Positions 26,529-36,700 of a stretch of 62,500 nucleotides of DNA are shown here, piece by piece. The notes under the pieces were generated by a model. That model did no database searches. It saw only the letters and a program-made list of their open reading frames with translations, and was not told the origin of the DNA. The stretch lies in NCBI GenBank assembly GCA_035304485.1, contig DATGPZ010000202.1:1-62500 (forward strand). Reading direction: 5' to 3'. Numbering within the stretch: position 1 is the stretch's first letter; every line of letters begins with the position of its first letter. The translations under genes and the position numbers were made by a program. This stretch comes from Acidimicrobiia bacterium. GTDB taxonomy: Bacteria > Actinomycetota > Acidimicrobiia > Spongiisociales > ZC4RG35.

Positions 26529-27475
26529 CCGAGTGGACATTCACGGCGGAAGCCGTCTCCAAGTCTTACGACGGCGGCAAGACCTACGCCAATCGCGACG
26601 TCTCGATCCGGGTCGAGCCGGGCGAGGTGTACGGTCTCCTCGGGCCGAACGGAGCGGGGAAGTCGACGCTCGTCAAACAGATCATCGGGCTCCTCAAGCC
26701 CGATTCAGGGAGTATTCGGTTGGGTCCGCACGACCTGGTCGCCGATCCCGCGGCGGCGCGTCAGCTGTGCTCCTACCTTCCCCAGGCGCCGATGCCGATC
26801 GAGGCTTTCCGGATGAAAGAGGCGGTGCGCCTGAGTGGCGAGATCCGAGGCGGCCGTCGCCGAGATGTGGAGGCCCGTGGCGCCGAGCTGATCGAGTCAC
26901 TCCAGATCCAGGAGTGGGAGAGCACCCTCGGCGCCAGGTTGTCGGGCGGCGTTCGTCGCCTGGTCGGTTTCGTGATGGTCACCGTCGTGCCGGGGCGGTT
27001 GGTCATCCTCGACGAACCGACCAACGACGTCGATCCGCTGCGAAGACGCCTTCTATGGGACGAGATTCGCCGTCTCGGGTCGATGGGCGTGTCCGTGATC
27101 CTGGTGACCCACAACGTGCTGGAGGCGGAGAAGTCGGTGGATCGCCTGGCGGTTATCGCCGACGGGCAGGTGCTGGCGGAGGGCACCCCGTCGTCACTCA
27201 AGCAGGCCGATCGTGGGCGTCTCCGACTCCAGGTGATGCTGGCTCCCGGGGTCCCGACACCGCCCGTGCCGGACTACGTGAGGGAACATTCGCGAGTGGG
27301 AAACAACCTCATCGGCGTCATCGACGAGACGAGGGCCGGAGAGGCGATCCAATGGGCGCAGGCGATCATGGAGGCGGGTACGGCCGAAGAGTACGCCCTA
27401 GGAGCCACCACACTGGAGGACGCCTACATTCGGCTCACCGGCCACGTGTCACAGGAGCCCGAGGTGGCCGCATGA
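26525..27475 (+). CDS. ABC transporter ATP-binding protein (ABC-2 exporter type)
   Basis: Walker A GPNGAGKST, signature LSGGVRRL and Walker B ILDEPTNDVD. Confidence 0.9.
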   Translation: MTEWTFTAEAVSKSYDGGKTYANRDVSIRVEPGEVYGLLGPNGAGKSTLVKQIIGLLKPDSGSIRLGPHDLVADPAAARQLCSYLPQAPMPIEAFRMKEAVRLSGEIRGGRRRDVEARGAELIESLQIQEWESTLGARLSGGVRRLVGFVMVTVVPGRLVILDEPTNDVDPLRRRLLWDEIRRLGSMGVSVILVTHNVLEAEKSVDRLAVIADGQVLAEGTPSSLKQADRGRLRLQVMLAPGVPTPPVPDYVREHSRVGNNLIGVIDETRAGEAIQWAQAIMEAGTAEEYALGATTLEDAYIRLTGHVSQEPEVAA

Positions 27476-28257
27476 CGGTGTCGGTGGTTTCGCCGACGGC
27501 GACCCTCAGGTCGGGGCCGGGGGAGTGGTGGCGAAGCTTCAGCGCCATGCTGAGGTGGCAGCTGGCATCGATGCGTCTCGTCCTGCCGGTGATGGTGATG
27601 GTCCAACTCCTGACCGCCTCCGGGATCTCGGTGGGACTGAGCATCTTCTTCGACGACATCGACCCCCGGCGGGCGCTGTATCTCGGCTCTGGGGCCTCGA
27701 TCGTCAGCCTCATCCTGGTCGGGCTGGTGGTCGCCCCCCAGTTGGTGGCCGCCGAGAAAGAGGCTGGCACCTACGAGTACACCTGGTCCTTGCCGGTGCC
27801 GCGCTCGGCGGCGGCAGGAGCCTGGGTTGTCGTGTCGGCGATCGTGAGTCTCCCGGCCATGGTCCTTGGATTGTTCGTCGCTGCCTGGCGGCTCGGCCTC
27901 GACTACGAGCTGGACTGGTCGATTCTCCCAGCGGTCGCTCTGGTGGTCGTGTGTGGAACCCTGATCGGCTACGCCTTCGCTCACGCCATCGAGAACACCA
28001 ACCTGACCCAGATCCTGACCCAGATCCTGGCGTTCGGGATATTCGGATTCACACCGATCACCTACCCGCTGGAGAACCTGCCGCAGTGGATGGGGTCGAT
28101 CCATCAGGTCTTGCCCTTCTATCACATGGGCGTGATCGTCCGGGCCGGGCTCACCGACGGGCTCGTGAGCGGAGTCGCCAGGTCCTATGCGATCGTCCTC
28201 ATCTGGGCGGTAGCGTCGGCGTTGGTGACCGCGGCTCATCTGGGGAGACGGCGATGA
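27472..28257 (+). CDS. ABC-2 type transporter permease (first of two tandem paralogs)
   Basis: MTVSVVSPTATLRSGPGEWWRSFSAMLRWQL..., 6 TM segments. ATGA overlap with the ATPase. Only the C-terminal 261 aa of tracked ORF 26533..28257 are used. Confidence 0.75.
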   Translation: MTVSVVSPTATLRSGPGEWWRSFSAMLRWQLASMRLVLPVMVMVQLLTASGISVGLSIFFDDIDPRRALYLGSGASIVSLILVGLVVAPQLVAAEKEAGTYEYTWSLPVPRSAAAGAWVVVSAIVSLPAMVLGLFVAAWRLGLDYELDWSILPAVALVVVCGTLIGYAFAHAIENTNLTQILTQILAFGIFGFTPITYPLENLPQWMGSIHQVLPFYHMGVIVRAGLTDGLVSGVARSYAIVLIWAVASALVTAAHLGRRR

Positions 28258-29039
28258 GCATTTCGACTACGCGACCACCGGCGATCGTTCGACGCGGGCC
28301 CCGCTTCTGGTGGACCTCCTACTGGTCGATGCTGCGCTGGGTCCTGACCCAACACCGGTTCCTGTTCGGCGTCGTGTTGGGGGCTCAAGTCCTGATGGGA
28401 GTGGGTGCGGCCATCATGTATCGGTTCTACATCGGGGAGGTCGATGGGACCTTCGCCGCCTACCTCGTGTCTGGGATACCGGCCCTGTCGATCATCCCTG
28501 TGGGCTTCGTGATGGTCCCCATCCTCGTGATACAGGAGAAGGCTCGAGGAACCCACGAATACACCTGGTCCTTGCCGGTGGCTCGCCTGGCGCCGGTGGC
28601 CGCCACGTTCACGGTGTTCGCGGCGATATCGATCCCGGTGGCTGCGGTCGCCACCTGGGTGGCGGCGGGTCGGTTCGGGGTGGATCTCTCGCTCAGCGCC
28701 GCCGCCTTGCCGGTGGCGGTGCTCGTGTCGCTGATGGGCACCTCGGTCGGCTATGGCATGGCCATGGCGATTCCCGAGCCCCGCATCACGAACCTACTGG
28801 TGAACGTGATCGTCTTCCTGGTTCTCATGTTCTCGCCGATCGTGGTTCCGATCGAGCGGTTCCCCGACTGGGCCGAGGCGGCCCATCGCGTGCTGCCCTT
28901 TTTCCACATGGCGAACGCCATCCGGTCCAGCGTCGTGGAGGGCCTCGGTACTGGAACTGCAGAATCGCTGGCGGTGATGGGGATCTGGCTCGTACTGGGA
29001 TGGGGGGCGGTGGCCTGGGTGGTGGGCCGTCGGGACTGA
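28254..29039 (+). CDS. ABC-2 type transporter permease (second paralog)
   Basis: MSISTTRPPAIVRRGPRFWWTSYWSMLRWVL... It shares the (Y/H)EYTWSLPV motif with the preceding permease. ATGA overlap. Confidence 0.75.
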   Translation: MSISTTRPPAIVRRGPRFWWTSYWSMLRWVLTQHRFLFGVVLGAQVLMGVGAAIMYRFYIGEVDGTFAAYLVSGIPALSIIPVGFVMVPILVIQEKARGTHEYTWSLPVARLAPVAATFTVFAAISIPVAAVATWVAAGRFGVDLSLSAAALPVAVLVSLMGTSVGYGMAMAIPEPRITNLLVNVIVFLVLMFSPIVVPIERFPDWAEAAHRVLPFFHMANAIRSSVVEGLGTGTAESLAVMGIWLVLGWGAVAWVVGRRD

Positions 29040-29072
29040 ACGATTCGGACCGCGCCGTGCCACGATGAGAGG

Positions 29073-29870
29073 GTGCAGCGATCGAGGCTCCGCGACATCC
29101 CGGATCTGCCTTCGGCCTTCGACGCCCTGGCCGGGGAGCTAGACGGCCGCAAGCCGGCGATCTTCCTCGACTTCGACGGCGTTCTGGCGCCGATCGTTGC
29201 TCATGCCTCCGATGCGCAACCGGCTCCCGGAGCGACGGAAGCCGTCGCCGCGCTCGCCTCCCGTTTCCCGGTGGCGGTGGTGAGTGGACGGGATCGGGCC
29301 GACATCGAGTCGCTCCTCGTCGTGGAAGGCGTCTACTACGCAGGATCCCATGGGTTCGACATCTCAGGGCCCGACGGCTTTCGGGAGGTGAAGGGGGAGC
29401 GGTTCCGGCCTGATCTCCATCGGGCGGCCGCGCAGATGCGCGACGAGGTCGACCATCTGGCGGGTGTGTGGGTAGAGGAGAAGCGTTTCGCCGTCGCCAT
29501 CCACTACCGGGAGGGAGCGGAGGAGGTAGCGGCCGAGGTGCAGGATGCTGCGGATCGGGTCGCCTCGGACTTCGACGAGCTTCGGATCTCCGGCGGGAAG
29601 AAGATCGTCGAGATCCGCCCCGACATCGACTGGAACAAGGGGCGCGCAGTGTCCTGGCTGATCGAGGTCCTGGATGTGGGCGGTGCTGCCTGGCGGCCTC
29701 TCTACATCGGCGACGACGAGACCGACGAGGACGTCTTCGCTGCCTTCGCCGACGGTTCGGGCGTCGGGATCGTGGTCGGCACCGACCACAGGCCGACCCT
29801 GGCCGAGTATTCACTGCGGGATGTCGGTGAGGTGGTCCGGTTCTTGGACGCCCTGGCCGACAGGATCTGA
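29073..29870 (+). CDS. otsB: Trehalose-6-phosphate phosphatase
   Basis: HAD motifs FLDFDGVLAPIV (DxDG), SGR, GSHG and YIGDDETDEDVF, with the length typical of OtsB. Confidence 0.8.
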   Translation: MQRSRLRDIPDLPSAFDALAGELDGRKPAIFLDFDGVLAPIVAHASDAQPAPGATEAVAALASRFPVAVVSGRDRADIESLLVVEGVYYAGSHGFDISGPDGFREVKGERFRPDLHRAAAQMRDEVDHLAGVWVEEKRFAVAIHYREGAEEVAAEVQDAADRVASDFDELRISGGKKIVEIRPDIDWNKGRAVSWLIEVLDVGGAAWRPLYIGDDETDEDVFAAFADGSGVGIVVGTDHRPTLAEYSLRDVGEVVRFLDALADRI

Positions 29871-29947
29871 GGATCCAATCCAGCGACGATTCGGGGCCTC
29901 GCACCGGGTTTTGGATCGCCCGAGATCCGCCATAGCCTTGGCCGAGA

Positions 29948-30550
29948 ATGCAGCCGCGTTCCCTCCTGTTGGTGCTGGTTTGCGTCCTACTGGCGGCCTG
30001 CGACGGTGGGGCGGCCGCCGCCGACCTGCAGGGCGCAACCGTCGCTGAGCCGACCCCCAAACCCTCGTTCACCCTCACCGACACCGAGGGCCGGCCCTAC
30101 GACTTCGTCGCAGAGACCGAGGGCAAGATCACCCTGCTCTACTTCGGCTACACCCACTGTCCTGACATCTGTCCTGTCCATCTGGCCCAGATCGCCGAGG
30201 CATTCGACCAACTACCGCGAGTGGCGGCCGAATCAGAGGTCGTGTTCGTGACCGTCGATCCCGAAAGAGACACACCCGAGGTACTTCGGCGATTCTTGGA
30301 TCGCTTCGACCGTCGGTTCGTGGGTTTGACGGGCACGCCCGATGAGCTGAAGGCGGCCCAGGAGGCGGTCGGTGTGACACCGGCGTTCAAAGACGGTGGG
30401 GGGGAGGACTACACGGTCCAGCACGCCGGCCAGGTGTTCGCCTGGGGGCCCGACGGGCTCCTCTACGCCCAGTATCCGTTCGGCACCCGTCAGCAGACGT
30501 GGGTGAACGATCTCCAGCTCCTGGCAAAGATCGAGAGCCGACCAGGATGA
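29948..30550 (+). CDS. SCO1/SenC family copper chaperone (thioredoxin fold)
   Basis: Lipoprotein-like signal LLLVLVCVLLAACDG, the copper-binding CPDICP motif and a downstream conserved His (VQHAGQ). Confidence 0.85.
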   Translation: MQPRSLLLVLVCVLLAACDGGAAAADLQGATVAEPTPKPSFTLTDTEGRPYDFVAETEGKITLLYFGYTHCPDICPVHLAQIAEAFDQLPRVAAESEVVFVTVDPERDTPEVLRRFLDRFDRRFVGLTGTPDELKAAQEAVGVTPAFKDGGGEDYTVQHAGQVFAWGPDGLLYAQYPFGTRQQTWVNDLQLLAKIESRPG

Positions 30551-30981
30551 CTGCCCGAATTGCCCTGCTCGTGGTCGCACTCGGGGTCACGGCCTGTGCC
30601 GCGACCACCGATAGTCGGAGCATCGACGTGAGCAACGCCCGGATCGGTGAGCCGGCCGGTGTCCACGCCGCCGCCTACATGACGCTGAAGAGCGACGCCG
30701 ACGACCGCCTCGTGGCGGCCGCGACCGACGTGGCCCGGGAAGTGCAATTGCACGTCACGGCGACGGAAGACGATGGGAGCGTGAGGATGGAGCCGACCGG
30801 GGCGATCGCCCTCCCCGCCGGTCAGGAGGTGGTCCTGGAACCGGGTGGGACCCATCTCATGCTGATGGACGTCGAGCCCTTGGAGGCGGGCGACACCGTG
30901 ACATTGGAACTGGAGTTCGAGAGATTCGGTACTCTTCCGGTGACCGCCACCGTCGTCGAGCTGGCGGAGGTGTTCGAGTGA
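30547..30981 (+). CDS. PCu(A)C-type periplasmic copper chaperone
   Basis: Signal MTARIALLVVALGVTACA and the Met/His copper motif GGTHLMLMD. ATGA overlap with the SCO gene. Confidence 0.7.
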   Translation: MTARIALLVVALGVTACAATTDSRSIDVSNARIGEPAGVHAAAYMTLKSDADDRLVAAATDVAREVQLHVTATEDDGSVRMEPTGAIALPAGQEVVLEPGGTHLMLMDVEPLEAGDTVTLELEFERFGTLPVTATVVELAEVFE

Positions 30982-31784
30982 TCTCCTGGTGGTGTGTTGC
31001 GCTCCAAGAGCCGTGGAGCTGGCGTTGGATCGCCTATCCGGGGATCTGGGTGGCGATGGCTGCGCCCCTGGTGGCGTACTTCCGCACGATCTCACGTAGC
31101 GATCGCCCGACGACGCGCCGCCAGAAGGTGCAGTTCCTGGTAGGGATGCTGATCCTGTGGATCGCCACGGACTGGCCTTTGGGGACCCTGGGTGCCGGGT
31201 ATCTGGCATCGGCCCACATGGCGCAGTTCCTGCTGTACACCCTCGGCGCCGCCCCATTGCTCATGTTGGGCACTCCCGAGTGGATGGCAGAGAGAATCAT
31301 CTCTCGCCTGCGTCTGGGGAGGGTGGCTCGCTGGCTGGGAGGGTCGCTGGTGGGAGCAGGTGTGATCTACAACCTGATGCTCGTGTCGACGCACGCCCCT
31401 GGGGTCGTCTCGCTGTTCCGCACCAGCCAGGTCGGGTCGTTCGTGATGGACGTTCTGTGGCTGGTGGCAGGGTTGATCCTCTGGTTTCCCGTGCTGGCGC
31501 CCATTGCTCGGCTCCGCAGCACCAGTCTCCCCGGCCGAATGGCCTACCTGTTCATCACGACCAGCCTGGTGGCCGTCATTCCGGCCAGTTTCCTGACGTT
31601 CACGACGATGCCGATCTACAGCATCTACGAGCTCGCTCCTCGCATCGGATCCCTCACGGCCCGTGCCGACCAGCAGTTGGCGGGCATCGTGATGAAGCTG
31701 GGTTCGATTCCGATCGTCTGGGGCACGATCGCAGTGCTCTGGTTCCGCTGGGCCGCCACAGAGCGCGTCGACTCAGTCGTGTGA
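30978..31784 (+). CDS. Cytochrome c oxidase assembly factor CtaG-like membrane protein
   Basis: 268 aa polytopic protein with the block HMAQFLLYTLGAAPLLMLGTP typical of Caa3_CtaG. GTGA overlap with the PCuAC gene. Confidence 0.65.
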   Translation: MISWWCVALQEPWSWRWIAYPGIWVAMAAPLVAYFRTISRSDRPTTRRQKVQFLVGMLILWIATDWPLGTLGAGYLASAHMAQFLLYTLGAAPLLMLGTPEWMAERIISRLRLGRVARWLGGSLVGAGVIYNLMLVSTHAPGVVSLFRTSQVGSFVMDVLWLVAGLILWFPVLAPIARLRSTSLPGRMAYLFITTSLVAVIPASFLTFTTMPIYSIYELAPRIGSLTARADQQLAGIVMKLGSIPIVWGTIAVLWFRWAATERVDSVV

Positions 31785-31948
31785 CGACTGGCGGAGGAGC
31801 CGCGATTCTCGAGGTAGACGTGTCCGCTCCCTCTCACCGTGTGACGTGTGAGCGCTTTACTGGTGGCCGGGCTCGGATGAGATCGGCCGAGCTCGAAGAC
31901 CGTTTGCGGGTCACGGTCGGCCTGCCCGCTCTGTCCTAGCATCGCCGG

Positions 31949-32569
31949 ATGCGCCGAAAGCTCATCGTCAGCAACTTCCAGACTCTCGACGGATACTACG
32001 AATCGGCTGACAAGACCTTCCATCGCTTCTTCGAATACTTCCTCCCCGAGTACGGGCGGAACGACGCCTTCGACATCCACAACCGGGATCTGCTCCGAGC
32101 CTCTGACACCCTGATCATCAGCGGCCGTGAATCGTTCCTGGGCAACAAGCACTACTGGACGAGCGTGCCCGACGATCCCGAGGCGACCGAAGTTCGGCGG
32201 GATTTCGCCGATCTCATGCGCACGGTAGAGAAGGTCGTGGTCTCCAACACGATCCAGCCCGAAGATCTGGTTCCTTGGGACGACACGACGCGGATCGTTC
32301 GTGGTGGAGACCTCGTCCCCGAGATGATCGCTCTGAAAGAGCGGCCAGGGAGGGACATCCTCATCCTCCAAGGACGGCAATTGTGGAACGAGCTCCTCTT
32401 GCACGGTCTGGTCGACGAGCTGCAGATCACCATCTTCCCGGTCATCGGTGGTGAGGGGATACCGCTCTTCACCGGTCGGCCACCGGTTTCTCTCCGGCTC
32501 GTCTCTACCGAGACCTACGAGGGTTCAGGGAACATCCTCGCCGTCTACCAGCCGGTCTCGGCGGAGTAG
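31949..32569 (+). CDS. Dihydrofolate reductase-like (RibD C-terminal domain) family protein
   Basis: [18 protein letters not shown] ... [19 protein letters not shown] is the typical RibD_C pattern. Confidence 0.7.
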   Translation: MRRKLIVSNFQTLDGYYESADKTFHRFFEYFLPEYGRNDAFDIHNRDLLRASDTLIISGRESFLGNKHYWTSVPDDPEATEVRRDFADLMRTVEKVVVSNTIQPEDLVPWDDTTRIVRGGDLVPEMIALKERPGRDILILQGRQLWNELLLHGLVDELQITIFPVIGGEGIPLFTGRPPVSLRLVSTETYEGSGNILAVYQPVSAE

Positions 32570-32775
32570 GAAGGGCTCCAGAGCGAGTATCGGCCCATTC
32601 GTGTCGGATCACGGAGTGGGGATCCGGTCCCGTTCTGGGTGTGGTCCCTCGGTGCAGCCAGGGCCGAATGGCCGCTGCACTCGCGGCAGGCGTGTGTCAC
32701 CATGGAAAGAGGAAGCAAGGAGGCGGTGAATTGGACGAAACCCCTCGCCCCAGTGATCACCGGGGTTCGGAGGTG

Positions 32776-33153
32776 ATGACGACAGAAGAGTGCGACCGAC
32801 TACTCGCGGAGACGCCGATCGGTCGGGTCGCCTTCCTGTCCGACGGCGACCCCCACATCCTGCCGGTCAACTATCGCTATCACCAGAACACGATCGTGAT
32901 TCGGACCACGGCGGGCTCCAAGATGGAAGCGGCCGAGATGCGTAGTCGATTCGCCTTCGAGATCGACGGCTGGGACGAGAGCTCTCGCACCGGATGGAGT
33001 GTCCTGGCGCATGGATGGGGCGAAACGGTGGAGGATGCCGACGAAATCGCAGAACTACGGCAACTGGGCCTGGAGCCGTGGGCCGATGGAGAGGGGACCG
33101 ACCTGTGGATCCGGATACGGCTCGACGACATCACCGGACGCCGTGTGTCATGA
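32776..33153 (+). CDS. Pyridoxamine 5'-phosphate oxidase-like (split-barrel flavin/F420-binding) family protein
   Basis: MTTEECDRLLAETPIGRVAFLSDGDPHILPVNYRYHQNTIVIRT is the classic N-terminus of this family. GGAGG precedes the ATG. Confidence 0.7.
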   Translation: MTTEECDRLLAETPIGRVAFLSDGDPHILPVNYRYHQNTIVIRTTAGSKMEAAEMRSRFAFEIDGWDESSRTGWSVLAHGWGETVEDADEIAELRQLGLEPWADGEGTDLWIRIRLDDITGRRVS

Positions 33154-33219
33154 GTGCTCGTGGCGGCGGGCGTCGGGGGCCTCTACGCTGACGCGAAGAA
33201 AGGACAGAGTTTGAGCATC

Positions 33220-33669
33220 ATGGTCCCACTCGATACCTCCGAGGTGTCGAGATCTGCACTCCCGAAGGCGGAAGAGCTGGCCATCGCCCTCGGGAAGTCC
33301 CTCCTGTTGGTGACGGTCGCCGACCGCGACACGGTCGATGCGATCCAGGAGCTGGCCTTCGCCGAGGGTGACGACCCGATCGATGTACTCGAGCTCAACC
33401 TGCGGAGTCGGGCTCGCGGCGTCGACGTCCCTGCAACCACCGATCTCCTCCACGGCTCCGATCCGGCCGCCGCGATCCTGGATCGATCGGAACGCGACGA
33501 CGTCGAGATGATCGTCATGGCTACCCACGGCCGGACCGGCATGTCGCGGTGGCGTCTCGGAAGTGTCGCAGAACGGGTAGTCCGCAATTCACGAGTTCCG
33601 GTCCTGGTGGTGCCCGCCCCCTGGCGGTTGAAAGCACCCGTCGAGGCGGAAGCCGCCGCCCGCTCCTGA
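33220..33669 (+). CDS. Universal stress protein (UspA family)
   Basis: C-terminal ATP motif IVMATHGRTGMSRWRLGSVAERVVRNSRVPVLVV. Confidence 0.75.
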   Translation: MVPLDTSEVSRSALPKAEELAIALGKSLLLVTVADRDTVDAIQELAFAEGDDPIDVLELNLRSRARGVDVPATTDLLHGSDPAAAILDRSERDDVEMIVMATHGRTGMSRWRLGSVAERVVRNSRVPVLVVPAPWRLKAPVEAEAAARS

Positions 33670-33742
33670 GCGCGCCATCGAAGCCGCTTCCGACACATCT
33701 CATGGCAGAGCCCTCGGATGAGAGCGTGTTAGCGTTGGCATC

Positions 33743-36700
33743 GTGTCTGGAGACGCCTCGGTGAACGAGGATTTCCTCCTCGAGCAGGTCCTGGACCGCA
33801 TCGGCGACGGCTCTCCGGCCCTGGCATCTTTTGCCCGGGTCTATCTGCAGCGACTGCCCTACGACGCTGGGATGGCTCCGGAACCGGCCTACCGCGAGGT
33901 GATCTCGCTATTCGATTTCATCCGTTCCCGGGGCCCGCGGATCGACGTTCGTGTCTTCGATCCGGACGAGGCGACCCACGGATACTCCTCTCCAGGGACG
34001 GTGGTCGAGGTGCACGTCGACGACACTCCGTTCCTGGTCGACTCGATCACGGCCGAGCTGCTCGCCAACGAGATCGAGGTCGTGCGAGTGCTCCACCCGG
34101 TCATCGGTGTGGAACGGGACGCGACCGGAGAGCTGATAGCGGTCACCCGGCCGGGTGAATCGGAGTTTCGGGAATCGGTGCAGCACTACGTGCTCGACCG
34201 TCAGCTCGACGAGTCCGAACGCCGTCACATCGAGCGCCGGATTCGCACCGTGGTGGAAGACGTGCTGGCGGCAGTGGCCGATTTCGAGGAGATGGTGGCG
34301 GTCACCACCAAGATGGCCGAGGCGGCGGCGCGAGCTGCAGGCCACTACTCGGATGAAGAGATCCAGGAGGCGATCGCCTTCTTGGAGTGGCTGACCCAAG
34401 ACAACTTCGTCTTCCTCGGGTACCGAGAGTACCGAATCGTGCCGGTCGATGGTGAGCCCGGTCTGGTCGTCGAGCCCGACTCCGGGCTCGGCATTCTCTC
34501 CGATCCATCCACTTCTCGCGCCGCCGAACCCGTACCCCTCTCCAGCCTCCCCGAAGAAGTGCAGGCACGTTATCGGGAAGGGGATTTGTTGGTCTTGTCG
34601 AAGACCAACCGGCTCTCGACCGTCCACCATCGGGCTCGCATGGACTATGTCGGCGTCCGTCTGCTGTCCGACGACGGCCGCACGATTGGTGAGCTCCGAT
34701 TGTTGGGCCATCTCACTTCACGAGCCCACATGGAGAGTGTGACCCGGATCCCGATCTTGCGACGGAAGCTCGCCGCCGTGGCCGAGTCCGACGATCTGGT
34801 GGAGGGTTCACACGACCAGAAGGCAGTCGTGACTCTGGTGGAGACCTTCCCCAAAGACGAGTTGTTCGGGCTGCCGACCGAGGACCTGCGCAAGGTCGTC
34901 TTGGGCCTACTGGCGTTGCAAGAGAGGGCGCGGGTACGACTCTTCGTGCGGCGGGATCTGCTCGATCGAGGTGTCCGCATCCTGGTCGCCTTACCGCGGG
35001 AGCGCTTCACCGCTGAGTTGCGGCGCCGGCTACAGGACCTCTTCGTGGAGCGCTTCGGGGGGTCGGATGCCGACCACCACCTCAGCCTCGACCGCAGCGA
35101 CCTCGCCCGGCTGCATTTCACGGTGTGGGTGGAGGGGCCTGCCGCGCCCGAGGTCGACTTCGAGGCTCTCGAGGCAGAGGTGCTGGAGCTGACCCGCAGC
35201 TGGAACGAGCGCGTCGCCGACGAGATACTGGCTCGCGGAGGGGAACGGGCCCTGGTCGACAAGTGGGCCCGACGGCTCCCCGACTACTACAAGGCCTCGA
35301 CCGCCCCCGTGATAGCCGCTGGGGACATCTCGAACCTCGAACGCCTGGAGGCGTCGGGTCGAGCGGCGTTGGTGGCTCTGCAGAACGAACGCAGCGGCCC
35401 CGATGTCCTCACCCGCATCACCCTCTACTCCCGGGGCGGCAAACGTCCCCTCTCGGAGTTGGCTCCTGCGCTCGAGAACATGGGTCTGACCGTCGTGGAG
35501 GAGGTCCCAACCCGAGTCGCCGGCGAAGACGAGCTGTTCATGCACGATTTCGGGGTTCTAGATGCCGACGGCCACATGCTCGACGTAGCCGACTGCGGCG
35601 ACCGGGTGGCGGCGGCCATCGAGGCGGTTTGGGCGGGAGGAGCCGAAACCGACGCTTTGGACGCACTCGTCCTGTCGGCTGGGCTGGATCACCGACAAGT
35701 CGAGGTGATCCGCGCCTATCAGACGTACTGGCGGAGGGTCAGCCCTGTCTTCACGCTCAACTACGTGAAGGACGCATTGGCCAGCCATCCCCGCGTCACC
35801 GCCGGCCTCGCTCGGCTCTTCGCACTCCGCTTCGATCCTGATCAGGACGGGACCGAGTACGCCGATGAGCGAGACGCCCTTCTCGAGTTGCTGGATGAGG
35901 TGCCTTCCCTCGACGAGGATCGAATTCTGCGGGGGCTTCTGCGGCTGATCGATGCCACAGTGCGCACCAACGCATACCATCCGCACCGGCGGGCGCTGGC
36001 TCTGAAACTGCGGTCCGCCGATGTCCCCGATGTCCCCGATCCCCGGCCCCATGTGGAGACGTTCGTGATCTCTCCCGAGGTGGAAGGGATCCATCTCCGC
36101 GCCGGTCTCCGGGCGCGGGGAGGCATTCGCTGGTCGGAGCGCAAGGAGGACTACCGAACCGAGGTTCTGGGCCTGATGAAGGCGCAGGTCACGAAGAACG
36201 CCGTGATCGTCCCGACTGGCGCCAAGGGAGGCTTTGTCGTACGCCGCCCGGGCACCGCCACGCCGGAAGAAGTGCAGGACGCCTACGAGGACTACATCCG
36301 GGCCCTGTTGGACGTGACCGACGACCTCGTCGATGGCGAGGTGGTGCGCCCCGACTGGGTCCGTGCCCACGACGGTGACGATCCGTATCTCGTAGTGGCG
36401 GCCGACCGGGGCACGGCCCGCCTCTCGGACACCGCCAACCGTATCGCTGCCGAGTACGGGTTCTGGCTCGACGACGCATTCGCGTCCGGCGGTGCCACCG
36501 GCTACGACCACAAGGGCCTCGGTATCACGGCGCGGGGTGCGTGGAAATCACTCGAGCGCCACTTCTTCGAGCTGGGGATCGACCCGAACCGGGATTCGTT
36601 CACTGCTGTCGGAATCGGCGACATGTCGGGGGATGTGTTCGGCAATGGCATGCTGCAGTCGCGGTCGATTCGCCTGGTGGCCGCCTTCGACCACCGGCAC

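Noticed and set aside
26533-28257. 574-aa ORF suggesting one large protein overlapping the ABC ATPase gene.
   Set aside because: The first ~310 residues are Arg/Gly/Pro-rich out-of-frame overlap with the well-supported ATPase (26525..27475). Only the C-terminal 261 aa, from the ATG at 27472, look like a permease. The same applies to 27525..29039, where the real start is 28254.
32652-32680. Hairpin gtgcagccagGGCCgaatGGCCgctgcac in the 206-bp gap after the DHFR-like gene; considered as a terminator or riboswitch element.
   Set aside because: There is no U-tract and no resemblance to any riboswitch class I can recognise. It lies ~85 nt from the upstream stop. Such short GC hairpins are frequent by chance at this GC content.
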